Of a stretch of DNA of 64,000 nucleotides, positions 49,735-59,505 are shown in pieces (position 1 is the stretch's first letter; every line of letters begins with the position of its first letter). The stretch spans positions 96,001 through 160,000 of the forward strand of contig CAWCDG010000003.1 in assembly GCA_963794325.1 (NCBI GenBank), in the 5' to 3' direction. This DNA comes from an uncultured delta proteobacterium. GTDB taxonomy: Bacteria > Desulfobacterota > Binatia > Binatales > Binataceae. The notes beneath the pieces are model-generated. The model had not been told where the DNA came from and did not search any database. It saw only the letters and a program-made list of their open reading frames with translations. Position numbers and translations under genes: made by a program.

Positions 49735-50220
49735 ATGGATTATTTCAAGAGAACTTTATCTGTCCTTGCGTGGAGTTCGTTAGCGGCAATTTTGATTCTG
49801 GCGCCCTGTGGAACGGCGCGCGCTCAGGACTCGAGTAGCGCCGGTGTATCGCAGCAGCCTGACAAGAATGGTCCGAATATCGCCGGATGCTGGCAGGGCA
49901 ACGCGTTCAACGATAGCCAGGGCAACACCAGTATTCAGTTTTTCTTCCAACAGACGGGAAAGAAACTCAGCAAGAAACACAGCACCCTCGACATTGAGCC
50001 CGCCGTGTCCGTTCACGGACCGATCATCGGCAAGGTCTCGTCCGCCAAGTTCACGTTTCACGGCCACATGGCCAATGGGTGCAATATCAAGGGGCATGGG
50101 ACTTTCCAGACCCCTACCAGCCTCGAGGGAGGCTACAGCTACGTCGGCAAATGTTATGAAATGGGGTTCACCAGCGGCGAGTTCTCAAGCGTAACCAGGT
50201 TAGGCGCGACCTGTCCGTGA
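49735..50220 (+). CDS. Secreted hypothetical protein
   Basis: Signal peptide (ARA-Q), GGAGG RBS. Confidence 0.7.
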   Translation: MDYFKRTLSVLAWSSLAAILILAPCGTARAQDSSSAGVSQQPDKNGPNIAGCWQGNAFNDSQGNTSIQFFFQQTGKKLSKKHSTLDIEPAVSVHGPIIGKVSSAKFTFHGHMANGCNIKGHGTFQTPTSLEGGYSYVGKCYEMGFTSGEFSSVTRLGATCP

Positions 50221-50233
50221 TGATGAAAGCTGA

Positions 50234-51313
50234 ATGGCAAAAATAAAAGTTGAACGCGGCCTTCATCTCGGGATGCCGTATACGCCCGACATGCAGGATG
50301 GCGGAAAGCGGCCCGAACCTACCTGGAGCACGATTCGCGACCAGGTGCGCGAGGCCGATGCGCTCGGCTACGACACGATCCTCGCAGTCGAAACGCAGCA
50401 CGATCCGTATCTCGAGCTCGCAATTGCCGCGCAGGAGCCGTCGAAGATCGAGCTCGCGACCGGTATCGCGCTCGCCTACACGAAGAGTCCCGTCGCGACG
50501 GCGTACACTGCGTGGGACTTGCAGCGGATGAGCGGTGGGCGTCTGAATCTCGGACTCGGCTCGCAGGTGAAGGGTCATGTGACGCGGCGCTTCGGGATGC
50601 CGTGGTCGAAGCCGGCGCAGCGGATGAAAGACTACGTCGGTGCGATGCGCGCGTGCTGGCGCACCTGGCAGACTCGCGAGCCGTTCAACTTTCAGAGCGA
50701 GCACTACAATCTCTCGCTGATGACGCCGAACTTCGCGCCGCCGCCCCTGTCGAATCCGCACATCCCCGTGCTGATTGCGGCGGTGCAGGAACGGATGCTG
50801 CAAGTTGCGGGCGAAGTCTGCGACGGTGTGCGCCTACATGGAATCGTCACGCGTAAATATCTCGATCAGATCGCATTCCCGAATCTGAAAAAGGGCTTCG
50901 ACAAATCGGGCAAGCCGGCCGCGGAGTGGAGCAACTTTCAAATCGGCGGCGGCGGCTTTCTATGCGCCGCGAAAGATAAGGACTCGCTCGCTCGCGCCGT
51001 CAACGGAATGAAATCGACCATCGCGTTTTACGGATCGACCCGATCGTATCGTTCGAGTTTTGAAATCGACGGATGGGGCGACACTGCCGACCAGTTGCAC
51101 AAACTATCCGTGCAGCAGAAATGGCCCGAGATGGCGAAGCTGGTGACTGACGAGATGGTGCATGCGTTCGCGGCAGTCGGCACCTACGACGAGATCGCGG
51201 GAGTGATCAAGAAACGCTTCGCCGGAGTGAATCGCCTCTCATTCGACATGCCCGTGAAGACCGATCACGACCGCGGCGTGCTGAAGGAGATCATCCAGGA
51301 CTTGCGACGCTAG
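50234..51313 (+). CDS. LLM-class F420-dependent oxidoreductase
   Basis: ETQHDPY, AWDLQRMSGGRLNLGLGSQVKGH and DGVRLH. Confidence 0.9.
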   Translation: MAKIKVERGLHLGMPYTPDMQDGGKRPEPTWSTIRDQVREADALGYDTILAVETQHDPYLELAIAAQEPSKIELATGIALAYTKSPVATAYTAWDLQRMSGGRLNLGLGSQVKGHVTRRFGMPWSKPAQRMKDYVGAMRACWRTWQTREPFNFQSEHYNLSLMTPNFAPPPLSNPHIPVLIAAVQERMLQVAGEVCDGVRLHGIVTRKYLDQIAFPNLKKGFDKSGKPAAEWSNFQIGGGGFLCAAKDKDSLARAVNGMKSTIAFYGSTRSYRSSFEIDGWGDTADQLHKLSVQQKWPEMAKLVTDEMVHAFAAVGTYDEIAGVIKKRFAGVNRLSFDMPVKTDHDRGVLKEIIQDLRR

Positions 51314-51319
51314 TAGGCT

Positions 51320-52018
51320 CTAGGCAAGCGGGTTGATGTCCGACCACAGCCGGCGCATCAACTCGATATGTGTCTCGACCGCCCACAGCGTTTCGGCCGC
51401 GGCGCTCTCGGGTATGGCACGGAAGATCGAACCGGCGCTCGAGTCGCCGTGATCCTTGTCAACCTTGACGTGGACGCTGAAGAACAGCAGCGCGTCGTCG
51501 GAGAGTTTGTAATGGCGGCTGAGTCCGTCGATCACGCGGACGTAAGCATCGGGGTTGAACAGCTCGGAGCCGAGGCTGATGCCGGCGAGGGTCACGTACC
51601 ACGGCTTCGATTCGGCCAGCCAGTACATCCAATGCATCATCGCAGTCGCGTCGGCGGTCATGCTCGCGTTGAGCAAGTCGGCGCGCGGGATACCGATGGC
51701 CTCGCCGAATTCGAGATAGAGTTCCGGGTGCGATCGATTGGCGCCGGAGACGCGGCCGAGCTCCTCTTCGATCAGGTTTTCGACGATCGCCTTGCGCGCC
51801 GGAAAGTCGTCGCACTTGGCGTAGATGAGGCCGAGAATATTGGCGTTGTGCGCCTTGTTGCCGATGAAGAGCTGGGTCGCCCAATGGCGGAGCTGCGGCA
51901 ATGACAACTCGCCACGTTCAATCTTCTCGATCGTCGGATGTGACCGAAGCGTGCGATTGTTCCGCTCGAGTTTCTCGATCAAGGCTTTGAGCTGGCGTGT
52001 TCCTTTTTCGACATCCAT
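51320..52018 (-). CDS. Heme-oxygenase-like diiron protein (PqqC/TenA/CADD family)
   Basis: ENLIEEELG..SHPELY, E and FFSVHVKVDKDH ligand pattern. Confidence 0.8.
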   Translation of the reverse strand: MDVEKGTRQLKALIEKLERNNRTLRSHPTIEKIERGELSLPQLRHWATQLFIGNKAHNANILGLIYAKCDDFPARKAIVENLIEEELGRVSGANRSHPELYLEFGEAIGIPRADLLNASMTADATAMMHWMYWLAESKPWYVTLAGISLGSELFNPDAYVRVIDGLSRHYKLSDDALLFFSVHVKVDKDHGDSSAGSIFRAIPESAAAETLWAVETHIELMRRLWSDINPLA

Positions 52019-52020
52019 GA

Positions 52021-53673
52021 TCAAGTTCCTTGCGGAGCAACGGCTCCGGAAGCCAACGCGGCGCGTTCGGCGGCGAGTTTATCGGCGATATCGCGGCGCA
52101 GTTCAGACTTTCTGATCTTGCCAACGTTGGTCAGCGGCAATTCGGTTACGATCTCGATCCGTTCGGGCCATTTGAATTGCGCTACGCCACGAGCCGCAAG
52201 AAACTCGCGTATGGCGGAGAGCGCCAGCGTGTCTCCATCGCGCAGCGACAAATAGGCGCACGCCTTTTCACCCAAGATAGCGTCGGGCATCGCCACGATG
52301 GCGACGGCGCTGACGGCAGGATGCGCGAGCAAATGTGCTTCGATTTCTTCGGCGTTGATTTTTTCACCGCCGCGATTGATCAGGTCCTTGATTCTTCCCT
52401 CGACCACGAGGCTCCCGGACGTATCGAGGCGCACCAGGTCCCCGCTTCGGTAGAATCCGTCGGCGCTAAAGGCGTCGCGATTCCGCTCGGGGGCACAGTA
52501 GTAACCGCGAATCGTATATGGTCCGCGACACCATAGTTCGCCAATCGCGCCGGTCGCTACGTCGGCTCCGTTGGGGGTTACGATCCGTATCTCGTCGGCC
52601 TGCGAGAGTGGCCGGCCCTGTGTCGTGAAGGCGACTTCGTCGCGATCGTCGAGGCGCGTGTAGCACAGTAATCCTTCGGCCATGCCGAGAACCTGCTGCA
52701 CGATGAGGTGAGAAAAACTGCCTTTGAGAGCCCGCGCGGTTGGCTCCTGGAGCCGTTGACCGCCGATCGTGATTACGCGCAGCGACGCAAGTTGGGTGCG
52801 TGACGACGACGGAAGGTCAAGCAGAGCGATGGCAATCGCAGGGACGCATGGCAGGTGGGTGATTTGTTCGCGTTCGATCGTGTTCGCGAGATCAGCCGCC
52901 GCGAGTGACTGGGTGAAGACGGTGCGCGCTCCCACCAGCATCGCGCCGAGCAACCCGGGGCATGCCAACGGAAAGTTGTGCTCACAGGGAAGCGCGATCA
53001 GGATTCGCGATTCGGAGGTGAGGCCGGTTGCGGCGGCGGATTCACGCGCGTTGTACAGATAATCGGCGTGAGTGCGAGGAATGAGTTTCGGCAGGCCGGT
53101 AGTGCCGCCGGAAAGAAGGAATAGCGCGACCTCGAAAGGGTCGCCGCTGTTTGAAGATCCGAATGCACGTGGCGAGGCAGAGCTCTCGCGCATCGAGACG
53201 CATCCCGCGGCCGAGGTCGTTGAAAGAATGAGATGAGGCTTTAGCTCTCGCGCCAGCGTAGCGTGATCGAATCCGCGATGTTCGGGTGCGATAGCGATTG
53301 CCTTTGCGTCGGAGAACGACAGGAGATATTCGAGCTCGGCTCTGCGGAAGGCGGGAAGCGCCATGACCGGAATCGCGCCGATTTCGAGACATGCGAGGGT
53401 TAAGGTTGCGAATTCGACGCAGTTAGGAAGTTGAATGATGATGCGATCGTTGCGCTCGATCCCATTGCGAGAGAGGAGGGCGGCGACGCATCCTGCTTCA
53501 TCCAACAGCTGCGAACAGGTCAGGCTTCGGGTCGCATCGGTGACGGCAATGGAGTCGGGGCGATTTGCCGCGGCCTTTGCAATTGCATCGGGGATAATTT
53601 CGCGGCGCCAGATTCCTTCGCGAACGTAGCGCTCGGCGAATTCGGCGGGGAATGGCGTGCATCCTTCGAGCAT
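52021..53673 (-). CDS. Aryl-acid AMP/CoA ligase (DhbE/EntE-like)
   Basis: LSGGTTGLPKLIPRTHADY, HNFPLACPG, GMAEGL and RGPYTIRGYY. Confidence 0.92.
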   Translation of the reverse strand: MLEGCTPFPAEFAERYVREGIWRREIIPDAIAKAAANRPDSIAVTDATRSLTCSQLLDEAGCVAALLSRNGIERNDRIIIQLPNCVEFATLTLACLEIGAIPVMALPAFRRAELEYLLSFSDAKAIAIAPEHRGFDHATLARELKPHLILSTTSAAGCVSMRESSASPRAFGSSNSGDPFEVALFLLSGGTTGLPKLIPRTHADYLYNARESAAATGLTSESRILIALPCEHNFPLACPGLLGAMLVGARTVFTQSLAAADLANTIEREQITHLPCVPAIAIALLDLPSSSRTQLASLRVITIGGQRLQEPTARALKGSFSHLIVQQVLGMAEGLLCYTRLDDRDEVAFTTQGRPLSQADEIRIVTPNGADVATGAIGELWCRGPYTIRGYYCAPERNRDAFSADGFYRSGDLVRLDTSGSLVVEGRIKDLINRGGEKINAEEIEAHLLAHPAVSAVAIVAMPDAILGEKACAYLSLRDGDTLALSAIREFLAARGVAQFKWPERIEIVTELPLTNVGKIRKSELRRDIADKLAAERAALASGAVAPQGT

Positions 53674-53679
53674 CGTTGG

Positions 53680-54342
53680 TCAGCGCGCGGAAAGCGTTCC
53701 CGCGATCATGCGGAAGCATTCGTCCATGATGCGGCTGCGCTGTTCGTAATCGCGCGCCGGTTCGTACCACGTATAGAACCAGTTCATCGCGCCGAACAGC
53801 AGCGAGGTGAGGATTCGCGTCTGCTCGCGGTCGAGAGTTTTGTTGCGATGCGCGGCGTAGGCCTCGAGCAGGCGGCGGCAGATGCGCGAATACTCGCGCT
53901 TGAGGCGCGTGATGTCGGCGGCATAGCGGCCGGTCAACGAATCAGCTTCGCGCACGAGCACTTTCATCTCGGCGAGATTGCTCATGTGATATTCGAGATG
54001 GCTGCGGATGAAGAGGCGCAAGCGTTCTTCGGGGTCGTCGGTCTCGGACATTCGCGCTTCGGCGAGCGAGACCAGTTGCTCGAACGCGCGGCGCGAGATG
54101 AGGTAGAGGAGCTCCTCCTTGTTGCGGAGGTAATAGTAGATGCGGGGAAAGGAGATTCGCGCGCGTGCGGCGATGTCGCGAATCGAGGCGAGGCCGAAAC
54201 TTTTCTCGGCAAAAACCGCGGCGGCCGAGCTCAAGATGTGATCGACGTTCGCGTCGTAGCGCTCGTCTGGCGCAATCGCGCGCGGCGCCGGCTTGATTCG
54301 CGCGACACGCTTCGGCGCCTCATCGAGATTTGATTTCTTCAA
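53680..54342 (-). CDS. TetR-family regulator (KstR2/PaaR-like)
   Basis: SIRDIA..IYYYLRNKEELL and GAMNWFYTWY. Confidence 0.9.
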   Translation of the reverse strand: MKKSNLDEAPKRVARIKPAPRAIAPDERYDANVDHILSSAAAVFAEKSFGLASIRDIAARARISFPRIYYYLRNKEELLYLISRRAFEQLVSLAEARMSETDDPEERLRLFIRSHLEYHMSNLAEMKVLVREADSLTGRYAADITRLKREYSRICRRLLEAYAAHRNKTLDREQTRILTSLLFGAMNWFYTWYEPARDYEQRSRIMDECFRMIAGTLSAR

Positions 54343-54351
54343 TTCATCACC

Positions 54352-55092
54352 TCAACTGAATCGGCGTCCGGAAGCCGGGTCAGGAATTGGAATCTCGAGC
54401 TTGGTCAGCAGATTGTTGACCTCTTCGGTGAACTCGTCGCGCATTTGCTCGTTGCTGCGGCGCCGGAGGCCCCATCGTACGTAATCGAACTGCCGCTTGG
54501 ATCCAGATTTTCCGAACATATCGAGTCCCGCGGGATACCACTTTGCCAGATGTTTTTTCAGGAGTTCTCGTCCGGGATCGCCTTCGCGTTGAAGATACCT
54601 GCGAATCAGGCGATAGCCGAAGGCGGCATGGCCGAGTTCCTCTTTGTGCACGCGCTCGGCGATTCGCGCGAGCGGTTCGTAGCTGCATCCGACCCATTCG
54701 TATCCCATGTAGGCGCCCTGCCGGTCGGCGAAGAAACTGAAGAGGCCGTACTCGAGCCAATCCTCGGCCTGGTCGCGCATTTCGAAAATGTAGATAGGCA
54801 TCGGAGACGCCATGAACCTGCTGTCGACGGTGACGCCGAGGTCCTCAAGCAGCTTCATCCAGTAGCTCGCGTGACGAACTTCGTCGGACCAGAATGCAGC
54901 GTACTCGGCCTTGTCTTCGGCTGTGGGAGCCATCGCGAGCGGCTTCATGAGTGTGCGTTCGGGGGCGAGCATATATTCGGACTCGATTCGCGACTGGATC
55001 GAGAGCATCCGGATGAGGAGATCCTTGTAGTCGGCGGGGAGACCGTCGGGGCTCGCGAAGCGGATATCGGTCGCAGGTGGTGGATTGCTCAT
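54352..55092 (-). CDS. PaaA/PaaC/BoxB-family ferritin-like diiron protein
   Basis: MAPT, DEVRH and EELGH diiron motifs; WYPAGLDMFG. Confidence 0.85.
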   Translation of the reverse strand: MSNPPPATDIRFASPDGLPADYKDLLIRMLSIQSRIESEYMLAPERTLMKPLAMAPTAEDKAEYAAFWSDEVRHASYWMKLLEDLGVTVDSRFMASPMPIYIFEMRDQAEDWLEYGLFSFFADRQGAYMGYEWVGCSYEPLARIAERVHKEELGHAAFGYRLIRRYLQREGDPGRELLKKHLAKWYPAGLDMFGKSGSKRQFDYVRWGLRRRSNEQMRDEFTEEVNNLLTKLEIPIPDPASGRRFS

Positions 55093-55185
55093 GCTGTGTT
55101 GCCGTCCTGTGCTGATGTTCTGAACGATAGTTCAGTTATCACTGGAGGCAGACCGGGTCAATCGTGCGGTCGCGGCGCGATGTTA

Positions 55186-56133
55186 TCAGGATCCGGCGAA
55201 TTGCGGGATGACTTCTTCCGCGAATGCCTGCAGCTCGTCCTCGGCGGTCAACGGCCCCTGCATGAATATGAAATGGGTGACTCCCGCCTTCGCGAAGCGT
55301 TCGATCGTATCGATACACTCCTGCTTGCCGCCGATGATCATTCGATCGCGCGCTTTTTCCGGCGTGGTCTGCGCCATCATCGCAATTAGCCCTGTCACTA
55401 TCTCCTCGCGCTGTTTGGCTGGCTTGTAGCACATCGCCATCATCTCGGTTTTTTCGATCTCGTCAGCGTCGCGTCCGACCGTATCGCAGTGCCGCTCGAT
55501 GACCCCGATCAGGCGCTCCATCTCGGGAAGGTCGGCGTTGGTCATGTTCCACATGTCGGCGTACCTGGCGACAATCTTCAGCAGGACGCGTTCGCCGTGG
55601 CCGCCAATCATGAGCGGCAAGTGCTTCTGCAGAGGCTTCGGACTGCAGACCGCGTCGATTACGTCGTAGTGCTTCCCATGGAGCGTAGTTTTGTCATTCG
55701 TGAACATTCCCTTGATTATCTGGCACGACTCGTCGAGTGCCTGTAGCCGGCCCGCCACGGTTTTGAAATCGATCCCGAAGCTCCTGTGCTCCAATTCGAA
55801 CCATCCGGCGCCGAGTCCAAGATTCAGTCGTCCGCCGCTCGCGATGTCGAGTGTGGCTGCCATCTTGGCGAGCACGCAGGGATTGCGATAGGTGTTGCCG
55901 TTGACTAGCGCTCCGATCCGCGCGCGCTTGGTGTGCTGGCTCAGCGCGCTGAGCAGCGTCCATCCTTCCATGCAAGGTCCGGTCGGATCGGGCACGAAGA
56001 TTGGGTAAAAATGATCGAACGCCCACAATGAGTCATATCCCCATCCGTCCGCTTTCGACCACAAATCGCGTATCTGATCGAAGGTTAAGTTTTGCTGAAC
56101 GATTTGGGCTCCGAAGCGGATCGGGTGTTTCAT
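55186..56133 (-). CDS. LLM-class F420-dependent oxidoreductase
   Basis: WAFDHF, EGWTLL, YRNP..LAKMAATLD and GLGAGW. Confidence 0.92.
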   Translation of the reverse strand: MKHPIRFGAQIVQQNLTFDQIRDLWSKADGWGYDSLWAFDHFYPIFVPDPTGPCMEGWTLLSALSQHTKRARIGALVNGNTYRNPCVLAKMAATLDIASGGRLNLGLGAGWFELEHRSFGIDFKTVAGRLQALDESCQIIKGMFTNDKTTLHGKHYDVIDAVCSPKPLQKHLPLMIGGHGERVLLKIVARYADMWNMTNADLPEMERLIGVIERHCDTVGRDADEIEKTEMMAMCYKPAKQREEIVTGLIAMMAQTTPEKARDRMIIGGKQECIDTIERFAKAGVTHFIFMQGPLTAEDELQAFAEEVIPQFAGS

Positions 56134-56166
56134 TGGGTACCTCCAAAAATACGCGTGCGCAAAAGA

Positions 56167-56925
56167 TTAACCGGCCATCGTCAGGCCGCCGCTTACGCTT
56201 AGGACCTGGCCGGTGACGAAGTCCGAGTCGGCACTGGCGAAGAATGCGACCGCGCCGGCGAGGTCGGAGGGTTGGCCGAGGCGACGAAACGGGATTCCGC
56301 GCGCCATCGATTCGAGAACTTTCTCGCGTCCCGCCATCGCGGTTTTGAGTAGCGCGGTGTCGGTTGGGCCGGGGCAGACGACGTTGACGTTGATGTGATT
56401 CGCGGCGAGCTCGCGCGCCAGCGTTTTCGAGAAGCCGATGATAGCGGCTTTGCATCCGGCGTAAACCGCTTCGCCGGTCGAGCCGACGCGGGCAGCGTCG
56501 GAGGAAATCGAAATGATTTTACCGGAGCCGCGGGATTGCATTCGCGGCGCGACCGCCTTGCAGCAATTGAGCATCCCGCGATAGTTGATCGCGATCACCT
56601 TGTCCCAAAGATCGGGAGTGGTTTCGACGAACGGCATCAGGATGTCCCATCCGGCGTTATTCACCAGGATGTCGATCGGGCCGAGTTCCCGCTCGACGCG
56701 ATCGGCAGCTGCGATAGCCTCGTCGAGTTTGGTGACGTCGAGCGCGACCGCGATTGCGGATGCTCCGTCGCCGCGAATTTCTTCAGCGGCGCGCTGCGCG
56801 GAATCGAACTGAATATCCGCCAACGCGACCTTGGCGCCTTCATCGGCGAGTCGCGACGCGATTGCACGCCCGATTCCCTGCGCGGCGCCGGTTACGATTG
56901 CGACCTTGCCGGTCAGACGGGTCAT
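56167..56925 (-). CDS. SDR dehydrogenase (BadH-like)
   Basis: TGAAQGIG, NNAGWD, SDAARVGS.GEAVY and VCPGPTDT. Confidence 0.92.
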   Translation of the reverse strand: MTRLTGKVAIVTGAAQGIGRAIASRLADEGAKVALADIQFDSAQRAAEEIRGDGASAIAVALDVTKLDEAIAAADRVERELGPIDILVNNAGWDILMPFVETTPDLWDKVIAINYRGMLNCCKAVAPRMQSRGSGKIISISSDAARVGSTGEAVYAGCKAAIIGFSKTLARELAANHINVNVVCPGPTDTALLKTAMAGREKVLESMARGIPFRRLGQPSDLAGAVAFFASADSDFVTGQVLSVSGGLTMAG

Positions 56926-56934
56926 AAAGCTACT

Positions 56935-57690
56935 TCAACTTGCGATCCAACCGCCGTCGATGATGAACGGAGCGCCCGTTGCGAACGGGGCTTCGTCACT
57001 GGCGAGGAAGAGCGCGGTGTGCGCGATTTCGTCGGCGCTGCCGACGCGGCCCAGCACCGAGCTGCGCTGAATGAATCGCGGTTGCAGTCCGTCGGGCCCG
57101 GTGATCCGATCGACCATCGGCGTGTGAATCACTCCCGGGCAAATGCAGTTGACGCGAACGTTGTAGCGCCCGTACTCGAGCGCCGCGACGCGGGTCAGCG
57201 AAATCACTCCGGCCTTGGCCGCGCAGTATGCGGCCGCGCCCTTGAGCCCGACGATCCCCGCCACCGATGCGGTGTTGATCACCGCGCCGCCGCCGCGCTC
57301 GACGAGTTTCGGCAGTCCGTACTTCATTCCGAGCCATACGCCGCGCAGGTTGATCGCGATCACTCGGTCGAAGGCCTCCTCGCTGAGCTCGGCCATGAAA
57401 CCGGACTCGCCTTCAATTCCCGCGTTGTTGTAAAGCACGTCGAGTCCGCCGAACGCGCGGACCGTTTCTTCGACCATCGCGCGCGCGTCCTCGGAGTCGG
57501 AGACGTCGGCGCGCAACGAGATAGCGTCACCGCCGGCCGATTTGATCATTCGCGCAGTCTCGGCTGCCGAGGACTCCACTACGTCGATGGCCGCGACTTT
57601 CGCGCCTTCGCGCGCGAACAAGACTGACGCCGCGCGACCCATTCCAGAGCCAGCGCCAGTGATCAGCGCTACTTTTCCTTTGAGTCTCAT
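56935..57690 (-). CDS. SDR dehydrogenase
   Basis: TGAGSGMG, NNAG and YCAAK. Confidence 0.93.
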   Translation of the reverse strand: MRLKGKVALITGAGSGMGRAASVLFAREGAKVAAIDVVESSAAETARMIKSAGGDAISLRADVSDSEDARAMVEETVRAFGGLDVLYNNAGIEGESGFMAELSEEAFDRVIAINLRGVWLGMKYGLPKLVERGGGAVINTASVAGIVGLKGAAAYCAAKAGVISLTRVAALEYGRYNVRVNCICPGVIHTPMVDRITGPDGLQPRFIQRSSVLGRVGSADEIAHTALFLASDEAPFATGAPFIIDGGWIAS

Positions 57691-57762
57691 TGATACCGCT
57701 CCATTGGCCGCGAGATTAGCGCATTTCAGTGCGATGCGGTTAGCGGGATGCAATTCACTTTA

Positions 57763-57851
57763 TTTAATGTGAAACCCGCGGTGGGTTTCACACTTCCTTC
57801 GGCAGGGGTGACCCCTGCACCCACCGAAAGATGCGGGACTTCGTCCCTGTT
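57763..57851 (+). repeat. Repeat family A, copy 9
   Basis: H1, H2 and GGGAC-TTC-GTCCC. Confidence 0.85.
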
Positions 57852-57931
57852 TGGAGGTCTTATGTGGAATGACGGAGCCGCGGCCTAGATGGCCGCGACC
57901 CCGCCTGGGTGATGGAGGTACGGAATTGTTG

Positions 57932-58480
57932 CTATTCGGTCGGGGTGGAAGTTGAGCTGCCAGTCGAGCTGGCGCTTTGCCACAGGGCCTTCATCTCGGC
58001 GTGAATCGAGTCGAGCTTGGCCTTGGTCGCGGAAATCTGCGCTAGCTGAGTCGGAGTCAGCACGTTGCGGATCGCGATCGCGTCCTGAATTTGCTCATTC
58101 ATCATCTGATCGTGAACCTGAGTAATCGTCGAAACCGGGACCGACAAGTCGCTCGCTGCTACCGCGCCGCTCGAGGTGAACTTGGCCGCGAGAGCTTCCT
58201 TGGCGGCTTTGAGCTGATCGATCTCTGCTTTGCGGGAAGCGCGCCGGTTCTCGAAAATTGTGTGAATTTGTTGTTTTTGGGCGTCAGTAAGATTCGCGGT
58301 CTTCAACAAGAGCGGAAGCGGCATTCCGAGCACGTCCATTTCGCCGCCGTGATGAAAACCACGATGACCCATATGACCACCCATCCCGCCCGAACTCGAC
58401 GAAGCGACATGCGCGACGGCGGCAACCAGAACGATCGCCAAAACTGCCGGAACAATACCGCGAGAGAACTTCGAAACCAT
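57932..58480 (-). CDS. Spy/CpxP-family periplasmic chaperone
   Basis: Signal peptide, His/Met-rich segment, LTDAQ and LTPTQ (LTxxQ). Confidence 0.85.
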   Translation of the reverse strand: MVSKFSRGIVPAVLAIVLVAAVAHVASSSSGGMGGHMGHRGFHHGGEMDVLGMPLPLLLKTANLTDAQKQQIHTIFENRRASRKAEIDQLKAAKEALAAKFTSSGAVAASDLSVPVSTITQVHDQMMNEQIQDAIAIRNVLTPTQLAQISATKAKLDSIHAEMKALWQSASSTGSSTSTPTE

Positions 58481-58594
58481 AAAAACAAACTCCTTGAGTG
58501 ATGGATCGTCACCTTGATTGGCGGCGATCGCTCTCACCTGAATGTACGTTAATCCGGAAAAATCCGGTTACGCGCGCCGCGTGCGTGGCGGTGA

Positions 58595-59443
58595 TTAATT
58601 GCGGCGATTGGCCATCAGACGGTTCGCGTCGGCGTAAGTGGTCGTCGCTTCGAGCGTCGATTGGTACGTGCCTGCGCTCAACAATTCAGCCACGGTCTTC
58701 TTCAATGACGACATCGCGTTGAGAGTCAGGCGCGTGCCGACGCTCAGTCGCGCCACGCCGAGACGCTCGAGATCGGCAAGAGCAGGGATGCCGGGGAACG
58801 CGAGAAGATTCAGCGGACCATTGAGCGCTGGCACGATTCGCTCGATGTCAGCGCGACGGGAGACCGCCGGGAGGAAGAGACAATCAGCCCCGGCCTTGTG
58901 GTATGCGTTGGCGCGGCGGATTGCGTGCTCGAAACGCGTGTCGGGCTCGCCGATTCCGAGAAGATACACGTCGGTGCGCGCGTTGATGACGATCGGGACG
59001 CCAGCGGAGTTGGCAGCCTCGCGCGCGGCGCTCACGCGATCCACTGCGACGTCCAAATCGTAGAGAGAATGTGAGCCGTCGTGAACCTGGTCTTCGAGAT
59101 TGATTCCGACAGCGCCGGCGTCGATGACGCGGCGAACAGTGTCGGCGATTTCGCGAGTGTCATGCGCAAACCCGGACTCGATATCGGCCGAGACGGGAAC
59201 CGTCACCACGCGCGCGATGCGGGCAATCGCGGCAATCATCTCATCGCGCGGAACCGCCTCGCCGTCAGGATAGCCGATCGAAAACGCGACTCCGGCGCTG
59301 GTCGTCGCGATCGCGCGTGCGCCCGCGTCTTCGATAACGCGCGCGCTCATCGCGTCCCATGCGTTGGGCAGCACTAAAAGTCGTGAGCGATCGTGCATCG
59401 CTCGGAATGCTTCAGCTTTGGCGCGTTGCGTGTCGCGGTTCAT
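58595..59443 (-). CDS. Isocitrate lyase/PEP mutase-family protein
   Basis: PNAWD, TTSAG, DIESG, INLED and NARTD. Confidence 0.92.
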   Translation of the reverse strand: MNRDTQRAKAEAFRAMHDRSRLLVLPNAWDAMSARVIEDAGARAIATTSAGVAFSIGYPDGEAVPRDEMIAAIARIARVVTVPVSADIESGFAHDTREIADTVRRVIDAGAVGINLEDQVHDGSHSLYDLDVAVDRVSAAREAANSAGVPIVINARTDVYLLGIGEPDTRFEHAIRRANAYHKAGADCLFLPAVSRRADIERIVPALNGPLNLLAFPGIPALADLERLGVARLSVGTRLTLNAMSSLKKTVAELLSAGTYQSTLEATTTYADANRLMANRRN

Positions 59444-59505
59444 GGTTGCCTCCGTGGGTTTATTGACTCATACAACACCGCATCGAGCCATGTGTGAAAT
59501 CGCGA

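Noticed and set aside
52021-53673. Siderophore (enterobactin-type) cluster
   Set aside because: No isochorismate enzymes, aryl carrier protein, NRPS or TonB receptor nearby.
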